A DNA stretch of 64,000 nucleotides, taken from the human T2T-CHM13v2.0 reference genome, Homo sapiens. The stretch lies in assembly GCF_009914755.1 (NCBI RefSeq), contig NC_060929.1; one strand, 5' to 3'. The notes under the pieces are model-generated. The model had not been told where the DNA came from, did not search any database, and was given only the letters and a program-made list of their open reading frames with translations. The position numbers and the translations under genes were made by a program. This document shows positions 1 through 12,563 of this stretch, one piece after another (positions within the stretch are counted from its first letter, which is position 1; every line of letters starts with the position of its first letter).

Positions 1-729
1 CCGGTAATATCATCCAGCTTGTCTGAAACTAGTCGGATTTGAGGCCCTAATGACTGATAATGATGTGCTTTCTTCCCCCTCTGGTTGTTATTTTTATTTT
101 TGCAATAGTTTTCATCACCTAAACAAAAAAGAGTAATAAAGGGAGTATTCAGGACTGAGGTAAGGCTAATTATAGAGATGGCTTTTTTTTTTTTTTTTTT
201 TTTGGTGGAGCAAAGAGTACATTAGTGAAATATTTTGTTTTACTGATTTTCTCAAATCACTTATGCCAAAATTTGGATTTTTTTAATACCTTTTCTTCTC
301 TTATTTTTCACATTTAATTCATCAAGTTCTAAGAACTTGACCTACAAAACATCTATGACGCTACTGCCACTCCAATCCAGACCTTCATCATCTCTTTCCT
401 GGACTACTGCTGTAGCCTTCTGACCAGGTTGCTTGCTTCCATTGTTTCTCTTCATGCCAGTCATTCTTCACACAGTAGCCAAGTGGTCCGCATCATAGTG
501 CCTCCAGATTGCTTCTGAGGCATCCAGACCCACCCCGATTACTCATGGATTATTTCTATGTTTATTAAACAAGGTGTGTCACTAGCTGTTAAAAGATGCC
601 TAACCTTGGGCAAATAGGAAACTCCAATAGTATCATCATTCAGTAAGTTTGGTTCAATCAGTTCAATCAGTGATTGTTTTTAGAAAGAAAATAACTTTCA
701 ATTTATGACTTTTTTTTTTTTGGCTTTAG

Positions 730-924
730 ATAGAAAAACTGAAAGTGGAATTAGATGAAGCCAGGCTTAGTGAAAAGCAGCTGAAGCACCAAGTAGATCA
801 TCAGAAGGAACTCCTCTCTTGTAAATCAGAGGAACTGCGCGTAATGTCTGAACGTGTGCAGGAAAGCATGTCTTCAGAGATGCTGGCTCTTCAAATTGAG
901 CTGACAGAAATGGAGAGTATGAAG
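730..924 (+). CDS. SPDL1: SPDL1 internal coding exon (IEKLKVELDEARLSEKQ...TEMESMK), coiled coil
   Basis: Poly-T tract and ttag acceptor ending 729, GTAATT donor at 925, 195 nt phase 0/0; translation matches recalled human Spindly. Confidence 0.96.
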
Positions 925-1520
925 GTAATTTTTATGGCATGTGTTTCTCAGGGTTTTCTCTTTTTTTTTCTGGCATATTTTTACATGTTTTGGTAATAAT
1001 TCTTAAGAGCTAGTTTGAAGGCTGAAACATTTTTTGACCTAACTTGCATCTAACTAATTAAAAAATGGGTTTTTTTTAGGTGGATGACTTCATTCATAAT
1101 ATAGCTTTAGACTATATGATTATGTAAGGCAGCCTTTCTCTTAGATTAATGAAACGTCTGGAAGAATTTAGAGGCATATACTCTGATCCCAGATTTTATC
1201 GTAAGAGCCCAGTGTAAAACGTTGGCTCAGTGGAAGTTGAAATGCATGTGAACTTGGTTTTTTCATTGAAAGCTAAGGTTAATTAAAAATTAAAGCCTGA
1301 AATTGATAGAGGAAAAAGGGCAGTCTCTAAAGCCATTTGTTTCCTTGTTGAAAAATTTAACAGTAATAGTAATTTCTATTATTTTAGAATGTACCTGACA
1401 ACTTTTGACTGGTTCTTTAGTTTTAATTTTGGATGTGAACCACAACTGAGATAAACTGAGCAGCTGCCAAATGAAAGATTATTCAAGAGAATTTCCTCCT
1501 TTTCAATTCCTGTTAAATAG

Positions 1521-1670
1521 ACCACCCTCAAAGAAGAAGTGAATGAACTACAATACAGACAAGAACAGCTAGAACTTCTTATTACTAACCTAATGCGCCA
1601 GGTAGACCGGCTTAAAGAGGAAAAAGAGGAGCGAGAGAAAGAAGCAGTTTCTTACTATAATGCCCTAGAG
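1521..1670 (+). CDS. SPDL1: SPDL1 coding exon (TTLKEEVNELQY...SYYNALE)
   Basis: aaatag acceptor, GTACTA donor, 150 nt, continues the frame. Confidence 0.96.
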
Positions 1671-1769
1671 GTACTATGATTACAGTAACATCATGTTTTC
1701 CAATTTATCATAACTTATTTTCTTGCTAATGTAATCTCTGTTGCCTAAATTGTTTTCTTTTGAATTTAG

Positions 1770-1868
1770 AAAGCTCGTGTAGCAAATCAAGATCTTCAGG
1801 TACAGTTGGACCAGGCACTCCAGCAAGCCTTGGATCCCAATAGTAAAGGCAACTCTTTGTTTGCAGAG
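1770..1868 (+). CDS. SPDL1: SPDL1 coding exon (KARVANQ...DPNSKGNSLFAE), carries the Spindly motif
   Basis: tttag/GT boundaries, 99 nt; GNSLFAE(V) Spindly box. Confidence 0.97.
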
Positions 1869-1946
1869 GTACTTATAAGTATCCTAACTACTAAATTGGT
1901 ATTTTCATTTACTACCAGAACAATTAAGCATGTTAATATTTTGTAG

Positions 1947-2057
1947 GTGGAAGATCGAAGGGCAGCAATGGAACGTCAGCTTATCAGTATGAAAGTCAAG
2001 TATCAGTCACTAAAGAAGCAAAATGTATTTAACAGAGAACAGATGCAGAGAATGAAG
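1947..2057 (+). CDS. SPDL1: SPDL1 coding exon (VEDRRAAMERQ...QMQRMK)
   Basis: ttgtag/GTATAG boundaries, 111 nt in frame. Confidence 0.96.
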
Positions 2058-2749
2058 GTATAGAACTTTCACTATCAAAGGTTTATTAAACAAATTTTGT
2101 GTCAGCATTACATGTATGAATACATCAAAGAAACTAGCTTTTTCTGCAAGGAGTGTACTTATATAGTTGTTTCTAGAACTGCATGATTTCAAAAAATCAA
2201 TTTTGAAATTAAAAGATTCATTTATAGTTTAAAAATCTTGGAATAAATATTTAGTAATAGTATATTTAGCAATGATTATTGTTTGTTTTAATGGTTACTC
2301 ACTAGCTTTGACTTAAATCTTTCTTTGTGGAGTAGAAGAAAGAAAAGTATTTATTTCTTATTCTTGGCCTGATGTCTTTCCAAGCATAGCCCTAGGGTTC
2401 CTACTTCAGCTGAAACTCGCTGCCTCACCATTCCTCTGCTCTTTCACCAAGGCTTATTATGGAGTGAAATTTGGATTATTCAGGGTTCCCTTTCCTTGTA
2501 GCTCCTCAAGTCAAGCACATAGACCCTTTTAATTTTACGGGTTTTGTTGGTTGTCATTCTAGCCAAATAAGAGGTAGCAGAAAAACATGTGGGAATTAGA
2601 AAGATTTCAGTATTGTAACAGTCCTTAGAATCCTGATCCCTCATCCATTGTGCCTCACTCTACTGAGGTAGTAATTGGAATCTGGAAAGGCTTCCTTCCT
2701 TTTATTCAGAATCATGGGCTTTGCCAAAGAAATGGGAAAGGTTAATGAT

Positions 2750-2960
2750 TAAATTTGGGAGTTAGGTGGATTTGGGTTTGAATCATAGTTTTGTCACTTG
2801 CTAGCTCTGTGACCTTGGACAAGTATTTTAACTTTGAAAGCAACAGTACCTCATCTATTAAGTGAAGATGATAGAACCCCCTCTTAGAATTGTCCTACAG
2901 TTAAATGAAAGTGTAGTAAAATACTTAACCTGCTACTTGGCAAATGAGTGTTTAATGAAC
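2750..2960 (+). mobile_element. MIR SINE
   Basis: gggtttgaatc...ctgtgaccttggacaagt...cctcatctat core motifs. Confidence 0.6.
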
Positions 2961-3936
2961 AACAGCTGTGAATTTTATTTCTAAGGGTTTCCAGACTGTG
3001 CTGCCTCATTTCCTGAGACTCTCCCCTGTCTGGGAAGTATTTCTTTATAAATTTTCTCACGTTTACTTTAGTTTTCTTACAGTATTTGTTGGGGTTACTT
3101 TTAATCTACCAATGTTGCATATGTCCCAAACTATCTTTAGAGACTAGAAGCATTCTGAGTCTTAGGCTAAGTGGGCCTAGCCTCCAATCTGAAACAGGAA
3201 CAAAAAGGATATCCTTTAAAATGTTAAAAGTCATCTGCAACCTCATATCATTGATTGTTTTACTCAAAACTATATTTAAACTAATAGGCACTCTTTTCAA
3301 CTCCAGAAATTTCCAAAGGCAGAAAGAAATGCTAGATTTAGAGTCTACTTAATTTCCCTCTGGTAGCTTCACAACTCCAGATTTGGGGTGGGGGAGGTAT
3401 AATGAGGTAAGTTGAGTGCTGCTCTAAAAAAATTAAAACATGGTATATTGAAGATTACCCCAGTATACTAAGATAGCCTTTTATCTTTGCTTTTAACGTC
3501 ATTTGTGAATCTAACATTTGTGGCTGTCAGTAGCTTAGTTTTCCTCACTTAATTAAAGTTAATTAAAAATTTTGAGAAACCCATCAGAACCTTAATAAGA
3601 GCGAGTGCTTATGATAAGCAGTCTGCAGCGTTTGGCCAGGCTTACTTACCAGTTCAGTGGTGTGCTTTCAGACCACAGCCATGCAAGTCAGTTTTATGTT
3701 TCACAAAAGTACAAATAATTACATTACAGACTTCAGTTATCATTCATAAGTAGTCAAAATAAGTATTCAAATGTTATGTCTACAAAAAAATTTATTATTA
3801 GATTAGAAATAGCTAATTTAGTTTCCAAAATGAGTTCAAAGTAATATAGTACAAATTATGAATTGTATCAAAAAAGTAGTTATCAGAATCTTTCTCTCAC
3901 TTAATTTTATTAGAGGGGGTAATTTTATTTTTCTAG

Positions 3937-4077
3937 TTACAAATTGCCACGTTGCTACAGATGAAAGGGTCTCAAACTGAATTTGAGCAGCAGGAACGGT
4001 TGCTTGCCATGTTGGAGCAGAAGAATGGTGAAATAAAACATCTTTTAGGTGAAATTAGAAATCTGGAGAAATTTAAG
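3937..4077 (+). CDS. SPDL1: SPDL1 coding exon (LQIATLLQMK...NLEKFK)
   Basis: ttttctag/GTATGT boundaries, 141 nt in frame. Confidence 0.96.
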
Positions 4078-4606
4078 GTATGTATAACAGTTAAAAAAAC
4101 ACACATCCAAATTTTGATTTGAATATCTTAAAATTTGGTTTGTTTTTTAAGTTTAAATTATTAATAAATATCTTGTGGGAGATACTTTGAGACTAAGTAA
4201 ATGGCTGTTTCTCCTTATACTTAAACATCCATTGGTGATTCTTGCCTGAAACATAATTCTGTGATGATTGCTAAATGGGTAATTCCATCACTTCTTCTAT
4301 ATTTATTAGTTGGAATTTTAGTAAAGGGACAGAAAAGAAAAATCTTTTTCCTCACTTACTCATTCATTTATATCAGTATAGCCTCATGGATTCTTATTTT
4401 ATCCTATGAGTTATAATCCATTGCTTGCTTTATTTACTCTGATACTCAAATTGTCCCAGATTTGATAGTCGAAGTGCTCTTACTTGAATATTTCCTTACT
4501 CTATGGCACAACAAGGGTTTCCTAGCTCACCTGGCCCACTTCTGGGATTAGCATTTCTTCAAGGAACATTGGTTTATTTTAGTCGAGAATGGTATTTGTG
4601 TAAGCA

Positions 4607-4608
<2 letters not shown>

Positions 4609-4637
<29 letters not shown>
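4609..4637. repeat. (TG)14 microsatellite
   Basis: Read directly. Confidence 0.95.
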
Positions 4638-4641
<4 letters not shown>

Positions 4642-5845
4642 ATTCACCCATGTTTTCTAAATAAGTAGGCAGTTGTCCCAGAGTCATTTGTTAAAAAATC
4701 AATCTTGATCCCAGTGATTTGAGTTGACACCTTTATCATACATCAAGTTTCCATATATACTTGAGTCTGTTTCTAAATTTTCTGTCTACGCCATTGGTCT
4801 GCTTCTCTGTGTGTCTGTACCACACTGTTTTATTAATTATAAAGGCTTTTAAGTATGTTTATCTGGTAGGACTATTTCCTCACTATACTTTTTATTTTTC
4901 AGTATTTTCCTGTCTATTTTTGAATGTTAGCTTTCATTTACAAACGTCTTGTCTAGCACCAAAAAAAGCTTGTTGGCTTTCTATTAAAATTGCATGCAAT
5001 TTAAGATTTTATAAATTGACTTAGGGAACATTGATATCTTCATTAACCTCCTAATGAACTAAAGTTCTAAATGACAAATTTTTGTAAATGTTAATAACCT
5101 CTTAGGCATTCTAAATTGTAGCCATTAGTATGTCATAAAATCTTAATTAAGTTTACATAACTTTATTTCTGTGTCTTATAAAAACTGTTGAAAGAACTAC
5201 AAATTTGGTTAAGTTGGCAGCCTTATGTTTCCATCAGTGGGCTCAGAACTATACTCTGAAAATTATGGCCTTAAATCAGGGGAATTTTATTTATAACCTG
5301 AAATTGTTTCAAGTTTTTAAGCAGATTTACCTTTTCTATCCCACTAGAGAAATGTATAGTTTCCATCAGTCTCAGAAGAGCTTGCACTACATTCTTGCCT
5401 GGGGTGGGGGGAAGAATCTCAGAAGAGGGGGACACCAGATATAAATGTAAGGCTCTCATCTTCCTTTCATATTTTTCCAGTTTATGGTTTTGTTACAAAG
5501 GCCAGAATTTAATCCAGCAGGCATTTATTTTTCTATTTTCAAAGCCAGGAGAGAGAAGGCAGAGCATGTAGGTAAGGCTAGAAGCCTAGGCCTTGTAGTC
5601 AGATTTGGGTTCAGGTTCTCTCTTCTTGGTTTACTTTCATCTGTATTCGGAGCCTGTTTCCTTATCTGTAAGAGAGGAATGTTAATTATTTACCTACTTC
5701 AGAAGGCAGATAAATTAAATGGGTAGTTCTTAGCGTAGTACGCCAAGGGATATAAATTCAGGAAGTGATGGTGCTATTATTAATAAACATACACTAACCT
5801 TATTTGTTATTTATTTTAAGTAATACAAACTTTTGCTTTTTTAAG

Positions 5846-5949
5846 AATTTATATGACAGTATGGAATCTAAGCCTTCAGTCGACTCTGGTACTCTGGAAG
5901 ATAACACCTATTATACAGATTTACTTCAGATGAAGCTGGATAACTTAAA
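5846..5949 (+). CDS. SPDL1: SPDL1 coding exon (NLYDSMESKPS...MKLDNL)
   Basis: ttttaag/GTAAGT boundaries, 104 nt, ends in phase 2. Confidence 0.95.
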
Positions 5950-6341
5950 GTAAGTGTCTGGGTTGGTGGATGGAAAGATGAACATGTCACTTGCTTACTA
6001 TGGTAGTGTCAGTGACTACAAAGTTTTTTTGAAATTGCCAAAGGAAATTTTCCGAAAAGAAAGGTAACAAAAATATCTTTGTGCAGATATTCATGTGTGA
6101 ATACATTTGAAAGACTATTTCCTCCTTTGTCCATTTCCTTTCAAGAATGCATGAGTATTTTTTAAATTTAACACTACTATTGTTAAGGATTATTTAAATT
6201 GTTTATTGTTTCTTTGTTACTAAAAACCCCAGAAAAATGTATTTTTAACTAAGAATTCAAATATGCGATGAAATATTTATACCACTACACTTATTATATG
6301 CTGTCTTAATACTCGTTGGTTCTCCTTTTTTATTATCATAG

Positions 6342-6529
6342 CAAAGAAATTGAAAGCACTAAAGGTGAATTGTCCATACAGCGAATGAAAGCATTATTTG
6401 AGAGCCAGCGGGCTCTAGATATTGAGCGAAAACTTTTTGCAAATGAAAGATGCCTCCAGCTTTCAGAAAGTGAAAATATGAAACTGAGAGCTAAACTAGA
6501 TGAATTGAAACTAAAATATGAACCTGAAG
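6342..6529 (+). CDS. SPDL1: SPDL1 coding exon (KEIESTKGEL...KLKYEPE)
   Basis: catag/GTATAT boundaries, 188 nt, phases fit both neighbours; overlaps ORF 6316..6561. Confidence 0.96.
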
Positions 6530-7164
6530 GTATATATGTCTCATATATTTTTGTCTTTTAAATTATGAGTAACCTGAAATTATATCAAATTATTTTCTTA
6601 CTGTAGTTTTATGCAACTCTATTACAAACTCATTTGTAGTTATATACCTATAGTTAATAAAGCAAATTTATTGTGTAAAATAGGTAGGAAAATTCAGGGA
6701 GAACTGGATACTGGGTGTGCATGAATATAACATGTATCCTTTTTGGATATCTAATTTCATCATACTGTATAGTAGAAACTTGAGATTTGAGACTTTCCCA
6801 TTTTAAGATTACAGTATTTTATGTCATACCTAATAGTTTAATTATGTTGAAGCAGCTGATGTTTGGAAGCTATACGAGGTAGGACTGTTTATAGAAAATC
6901 TAAAGTAATGGAGACTTTAAAAAGGTGGGTCTTTATCTCTGCCTCTGATGGAAGTCTGGAGGAGGCCTTCCAGGACTGGGAAAGCACTCCACGGTATCAA
7001 GATTCAGGCTTCTTGTGTTTGTTGGTCTGCTGCCATCCTGTGGAGCAGAATTTAGTCATGCAGCCTCACCTGCTGACAGGAAGGGCTGAGAAATGCAGTC
7101 TTGATTCTCAGGGGCCATGTTCCTAACTAAATATTGGGAATTCTTTTATTAAGGAAGAACAGTG

Positions 7165-7280
7165 AGCCAGGCGTGGTGGCTCGTGCCTGTAATCCCAGCT
7201 CTTGGGGAGGCAGAGGGAGGAGGATAGCTGTGCCCAGGAATTTGAGATTTGCTTGGGCAATATAGCAAGACCCCATTCTC
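7165..7280 (+). mobile_element. Alu left monomer (FLAM-like)
   Basis: gccaggcgtggtggctcgtgcctgtaatcccagc...gcaagacccc, single arm only. Confidence 0.75.
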
Positions 7281-8214
7281 CACCAAAATGGGGGGGAAAG
7301 GAAAGAACAATGAAACATATTAGGGAATATCTAGCAAGTCTAATGACCGAGCTGGAAAGTAGCCTAACCATACAGTCTCTGCATCTTATATACTACAGAG
7401 AGTGAAGTTTACTGTATGTAAATTCAAAAACAAAAGGCCAAGTGTGAAGGAGTCTAAGAATGTGATGGTTCTACAACACCCCTTCCCTAAAAGAGTGTTA
7501 CATGTTTTAGGTTAAGGATTCTCAACAAGTTTTTGTCCCCGCACTCTGCACATGCCTCAGTCTCTCTTCGTATTGTCTCAGTGAACTGCTATGATTCTCA
7601 ACAATAGTGGGGAGGTTGCCAAAAATAGGAAGGTTTTTACACAATTTTAAAAGGCTTCTCTTGCTCTTAACTCTTTTTGTTTCTTCCATGATTCTAATAG
7701 GCTCCCCTGATTAAGAATTATCCATTATGAATTTCAAACATCTGTTGAACTGAACACAGCAAATAGACAGGAGGCAGGGTAGTGAATCCTGATAATGTGG
7801 GTTTCAAAGGAGCAGTGCCAGAAAAAGGGGAAATCATGGTCTAAAAGCAACAATGTAGAGCAAAAACAGCAACCCCTTGTGCTACCAGTGTTCCTCAGAC
7901 TCCACTAACATTTTGATTTTGAAAATGAAACACATCGATAATGGGCATAGGGAAAAGATATTAGAGCAGTTAATTCAGTGGCTGTGTTTATGACCTGTTT
8001 AGATAGAATGATATTAGGCCATGAGGATAGAAGGCATTGCAGTAGTCTTTGATGAGACATGATAGGATTGGACTAGGGAAGTATCCATCATAAAAGTAGT
8101 CTGATTCTGCTTATATTTTGTAGGTAGAGCTAACAGGCATATATTACCAATATTCAGAAAGTTTGGCCTATTCTTATCATTTAATCCTTCTAATACACAA
8201 TACCAAGTGAAGTG

Positions 8215-8320
8215 GGTGCTTTTAATCCCCATTTTACAGATAAAATGAAGCTCAGAGAGGTTAAATAATTCCCCAAAGACATGGCTGTCACATACGAGGA
8301 TTAGGATTCGAACCTGGACT
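8215..8320 (-). mobile_element. MIR SINE
   Basis: ccccattttacagat...ctcagagaggttaaataa...ggattcgaacc. Confidence 0.7.
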
Positions 8321-8649
8321 CTGCCGCTGTCTCTTCATCTCCACACTGAGATCTTATGAACCACCTTTTTCAAAACACCAAGAGAGAACAGTGAAGCATT
8401 CATGCCTAAAGTCAAAATATTGAATTCCCAAGGAAAAATATATAGCCAAATAAACTTTAAAATATATAGTTTATATAGATTCCATGATAAAGAATAAAAG
8501 GTAGAAACAAACGATGCATTTCAGTGAGGAGATGGTTGCATTTTAAAAGAATGGAAAAAGGTATACATATAACTAGTTCTGGCTTCTTGTGTTGATTGTG
8601 TCTTTGTTTTCTTAGATTTTTTCTTTTCCCCACTCGTTTTTATTCTCAG

Positions 8650-8995
8650 AGACAGTTGAAGTGCCTGTACTGAAAAAGAGGCGTGAGGTGCTCCCTGTGG
8701 ATATAACCACCGCTAAAGATGCATGTGTCAACAACAGTGCTCTCGGGGGAGAAGTTTATCGATTACCGCCTCAGAAAGAGGAGACACAGTCCTGCCCTAA
8801 CAGTTTAGAAGATAACAACTTGCAATTAGAAAAATCAGTTTCTATACACACACCAGTAGTCAGTCTCTCTCCTCACAAAAATCTGCCCGTGGATATGCAG
8901 CTGAAGAAGGAAAAGAAATGTGTGAAACTCATAGGAGTTCCCGCTGACGCTGAGGCCTTAAGTGAAAGAAGTGGAAACACCCCTAACTCTCCCAG
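8650..8995 (+). CDS. SPDL1: SPDL1 penultimate coding exon (ETVEVPVLKKRR...GNTPNSPR)
   Basis: ttctcag acceptor, AG|GTCAGT donor, 346 nt; overlaps ORF 8661..9194. Confidence 0.95.
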
Positions 8996-10479
8996 GTCAG
9001 TGTCCTCTTTTCCTCCAGGCAGCCAGCAGACCTCTCCATCTCTCCTCTCTCGCTGCATGAACTGTGCTGTCTGTTTCTTTATCTACTTTCTTACAATTGC
9101 ATGCAGTATAATTCCTCAGTTTCATCTACCTACCTTCAACTTTTCCAGAACTTTAAGAAAGACTAAACTGATTGCAAAGGGAAAGGACTCTTGAATAAGG
9201 CAATCACATTAAAAAGTTACACGTTTCTGTTTCATGAAAGGGAATATCACAGTTTAACACATCTCTGAATGTTTTATCAGTTTGAATACATGTACTGTTA
9301 TTTTTCTCCTGGTTCAAGCATGGCCATGAAAGAAAAATTAACTTACTTTCTCAAAGGGCTTTCCAGTAGTCTAAGAAATTTCAGCCTTCTAGGAAACTTA
9401 GGTGAATTTTTTATGTCTTTTGAATTGCTTATCCTAGGCATTCAAAAATGGTCTTCAATACTTATTTTGACATTTTTACATATCAAAGCTAACTCATTTT
9501 CATTGTTTCCAAAACTTGAAAGCCTCTAGTTTCTGCATAATTGAGTTTGTGACTAAAAGAAATAGCGTCAGATATGTGTGTCTGAAGGAATTAATGTCCC
9601 AAGGGCTTTGTCTTAATAAAAATAATTGAGGTCAGAAGGTAAGAGAAAGTGAATGGAAGGGAAAGGTAAGTAGCAGTGGCTGAGGCTCGAGTTCTGGATG
9701 TGCGCAGCAGGAGAAGTGAATGAGGAAATTGAAGAAAGTAAAAGAAAGATGAAGGATGTCTGCATGCAGTGGGATTGTTAGAGGCATTTAAAACAAATAT
9801 CTAGACATTCAAAAAGATGTGCCAATAACTAGCCTAGATTATCTCCTATGAAATGAGATGTTGAAGGTGCTACTAGGGCTACCTTAGTCTTAGAGAGTGG
9901 AGACAGATTAATAAGACATTTTACTAATGTGCATTTGAGTAGAGAGAGTAAGACAGCCCTGTTTAAAAGGGCTTCCTTATATGTTTTATCTGATTTCTCT
10001 CCAAGTCTTCAGTGCTACTAAATGTAATACTCAACAGTAAAAGCACTTTAACAATGTTAGCTGCTATTATTATAAGGCATAGTAATTTTATTACTCCCTC
10101 CTTGGATTTTTATAGAATGTTATAACCTCTGAGTCACATAAAATAAAAGCTTACCATTCTTAAGGAAAAAGTAACTTCAAATGAGTATCTGCCACATACC
10201 CATGGTTTCAAAGAGTTCTGAAATGAATCCAGCAGATTATGCCTGTTTATATGTGATGCATTGTATAAACATCCTTGACCAGTGTATATTTCTGGAGGTG
10301 GATTTCCAGAATTGATAAGTGCCAGCCTTGCTATCTGTATTGTCTTCATTCCTTTTTCTGCCTTTTTTTGCTTGATAAAAAATCACTTAAGCAAATGTAT
10401 GTGGCTAATTGACTCAAGTAGCACGTTGGAAACTTTTTGTCTTGTTCGTTAAACAAAAAATAAAATACCACAAAACATT

Positions 10480-10499
10480 TGTGTGTGTGTGTGTGTGTG
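10480..10499. repeat. (TG)10 microsatellite
   Basis: Read directly. Confidence 0.9.
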
Positions 10500-10945
10500 A
10501 GTCCATCTGCTAACTTAAAATGTTTCCGACTCTTTGTTTTCTGCCTGTTTAACTTAGATACACAATCCTAAGATAATTTTGGAACAATAAATATGGCTTT
10601 TATTGGGAACTTCACTATTGCATGCTTTACAAAACTAATTGGTGTTCTTGTTACCGAGAATCTTTACAGGCCTTTAAGAATCTCTCTACTGTTTATCTTT
10701 TCTTTATTCTACTAGTTGAAACTCAATTTTTTAATATGAAACAAATAGACATCTATTCATGCAGCCCAAGATTCCATGTTATTTTTGTCTTGCCTTTTGT
10801 ATGTCATGTTAACATTAAAATATTGCTGTAACATTTCAGTTTTTGTGTTAGGTGTGCTTATCATGATAGGTGCCCTGTCATATTTTCTTTAATTTAGGCC
10901 TTGCCATGACTTTTTAAAGATATTCTTTAGACTTAAAAAATAATT

Positions 10946-11251
<306 letters not shown>

Positions 11252-11431
11252 CTATTGATATAAAAAGACTTTTAGACAGCCAGTGACTTAATATTCTTAC
11301 AGTATTAGAGTCAACTATATTTTTTTTCCTTGAATACCATGCCTTATTGGAGGCCCATTATACTGGGGGTTTGTTTCTTCAATCCTTCATAACCACATTT
11401 GAATTCAGAGTGGATGCTTTAATGCCTGTAG

Positions 11432-11579
11432 GTTAGCTGCTGAATCAAAGCTTCAAACAGAAGTTAAAGAAGGAAAAGAAACTTCAAGCAAATTGGAAAA
11501 AGAAACTTGTAAGAAATCACACCCTATTCTATATGTGTCTTCTAAATCTACTCCAGAGACCCAGTGCCCTCAACAGTAA
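11432..11579 (+). CDS. SPDL1: SPDL1 last coding exon ending ...STPETQCPQQ-stop (CaaX-type farnesylation signal at 11565-11576)
   Basis: ctgtag acceptor, frame fits the preceding phase-2 donor, TAA at 11577-11579; CPQQ is the known Spindly farnesylation site. Confidence 0.96.
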
Positions 11580-11797
11580 AGACTTTTCTTTAATAAGAGT
11601 ACGGTGCCACTTGCCTCAAAAGTTACTATGGTGCTTAAGATTGTCTTGATCTGACATATATCACCTTCTGGGTTATTTACTCATTGTGCCAGGACCTGGC
11701 ATTTTCATGTGCCTTTGACCAAGTGTTCAGAATTTGCTTGACTCTAACCTGGAGAGCTTCTTAAGTGATGCCCCTTCATGGAGCTTCTATGACAGTG

Positions 11798-11803
11798 AAT
11801 AAA
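11798..11803 (+). terminator. Proximal AATAAA polyadenylation signal in SPDL1 3'UTR
   Basis: Canonical hexamer about 220 nt after the stop, followed by T/GT-rich sequence. Confidence 0.5.
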
Positions 11804-12122
11804 CTATTAATTGAAGGAAAATGTTATAATTAATGTATCTATTTGCTGCATTGTATATGGATTAAATGATAAAAAACAAGTAATCTACCCTCAGAGCCAT
11901 GTATTTGAGAATGCTTCAATCATATTTTCCTATGTACTTTTTTTTATAAACTTAGTTTTAGACTATGTTGTAAAAATGGGAAGGTTGTAAACTATGTTGT
12001 AAAAATAGGAAATGTGGCTTAAAATATATACATTATATTGTTTCAGGATTTTGTCAGTGTTTAAAGAACCAATGTTCATCTTTGTATTTATATACATGAT
12101 TTAAATTTTGTCTAAAATTTTA

Positions 12123-12128
12123 AATAAA
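12123..12128 (+). terminator. Distal AATAAA polyadenylation signal, likely SPDL1 3' end
   Basis: Canonical hexamer at the end of AU-rich unique sequence, just before repeats start. Confidence 0.7.
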
Positions 12129-12197
12129 ACTGCAGTGATTTATCCTTAAATTTCTTACTCTCTATAGGTAACAGGATGTTATCAAAAGGGAGTAAAA

Positions 12198-12462
12198 AGC
12201 ACTTTGGGAGGCTGAGGCGGGTGGATCGCTTGAGCCCAGGAATTCGAGACCAGCCTGGGCTACATGGCAAAACCCCATATCTACAAAAAAATACAAAAAA
12301 TTAGCTGGGCATGATGGTGCACACCTGTAGTCCCAGCTACTCTGGAGGCTGAGGTGATAGGATCATCTGAGCCCAGTAAGGAGGTCGAGGCTGTAGTTGA
12401 GCTGTGATCATACTACTGCACTCCAGCCTGGGCAACACAGCAAGACCCTGTCTCAAAAAAAA
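12198..12462 (+). mobile_element. 5'-truncated AluJ
   Basis: ggatcgcttgagcccagg, gaggtcgaggctg AluJ diagnostics, A tail. Confidence 0.85.
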
Positions 12463-12563
12463 GTGGGGGAAATAAATAAGAGGAAAAAAGAAACCTCAGG
12501 AATTCTTAATTCCCTTATGTATAATTTTATATATAATTTTATGGTTAATTATATGTACATATA

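Noticed and set aside
925-996. Hydrophobic tail of ORF 745..996 (VIFMACVSQGFLFFFLAYFYMFW) as another TM isoform
   Set aside because: Short read-through into a poly-T intron with no nearby canonical polyA signal; expected by chance
8650-8655. Alternative in-frame acceptor cag 6 nt downstream of the exon start
   Set aside because: Possible, but nothing in the sequence supports its use
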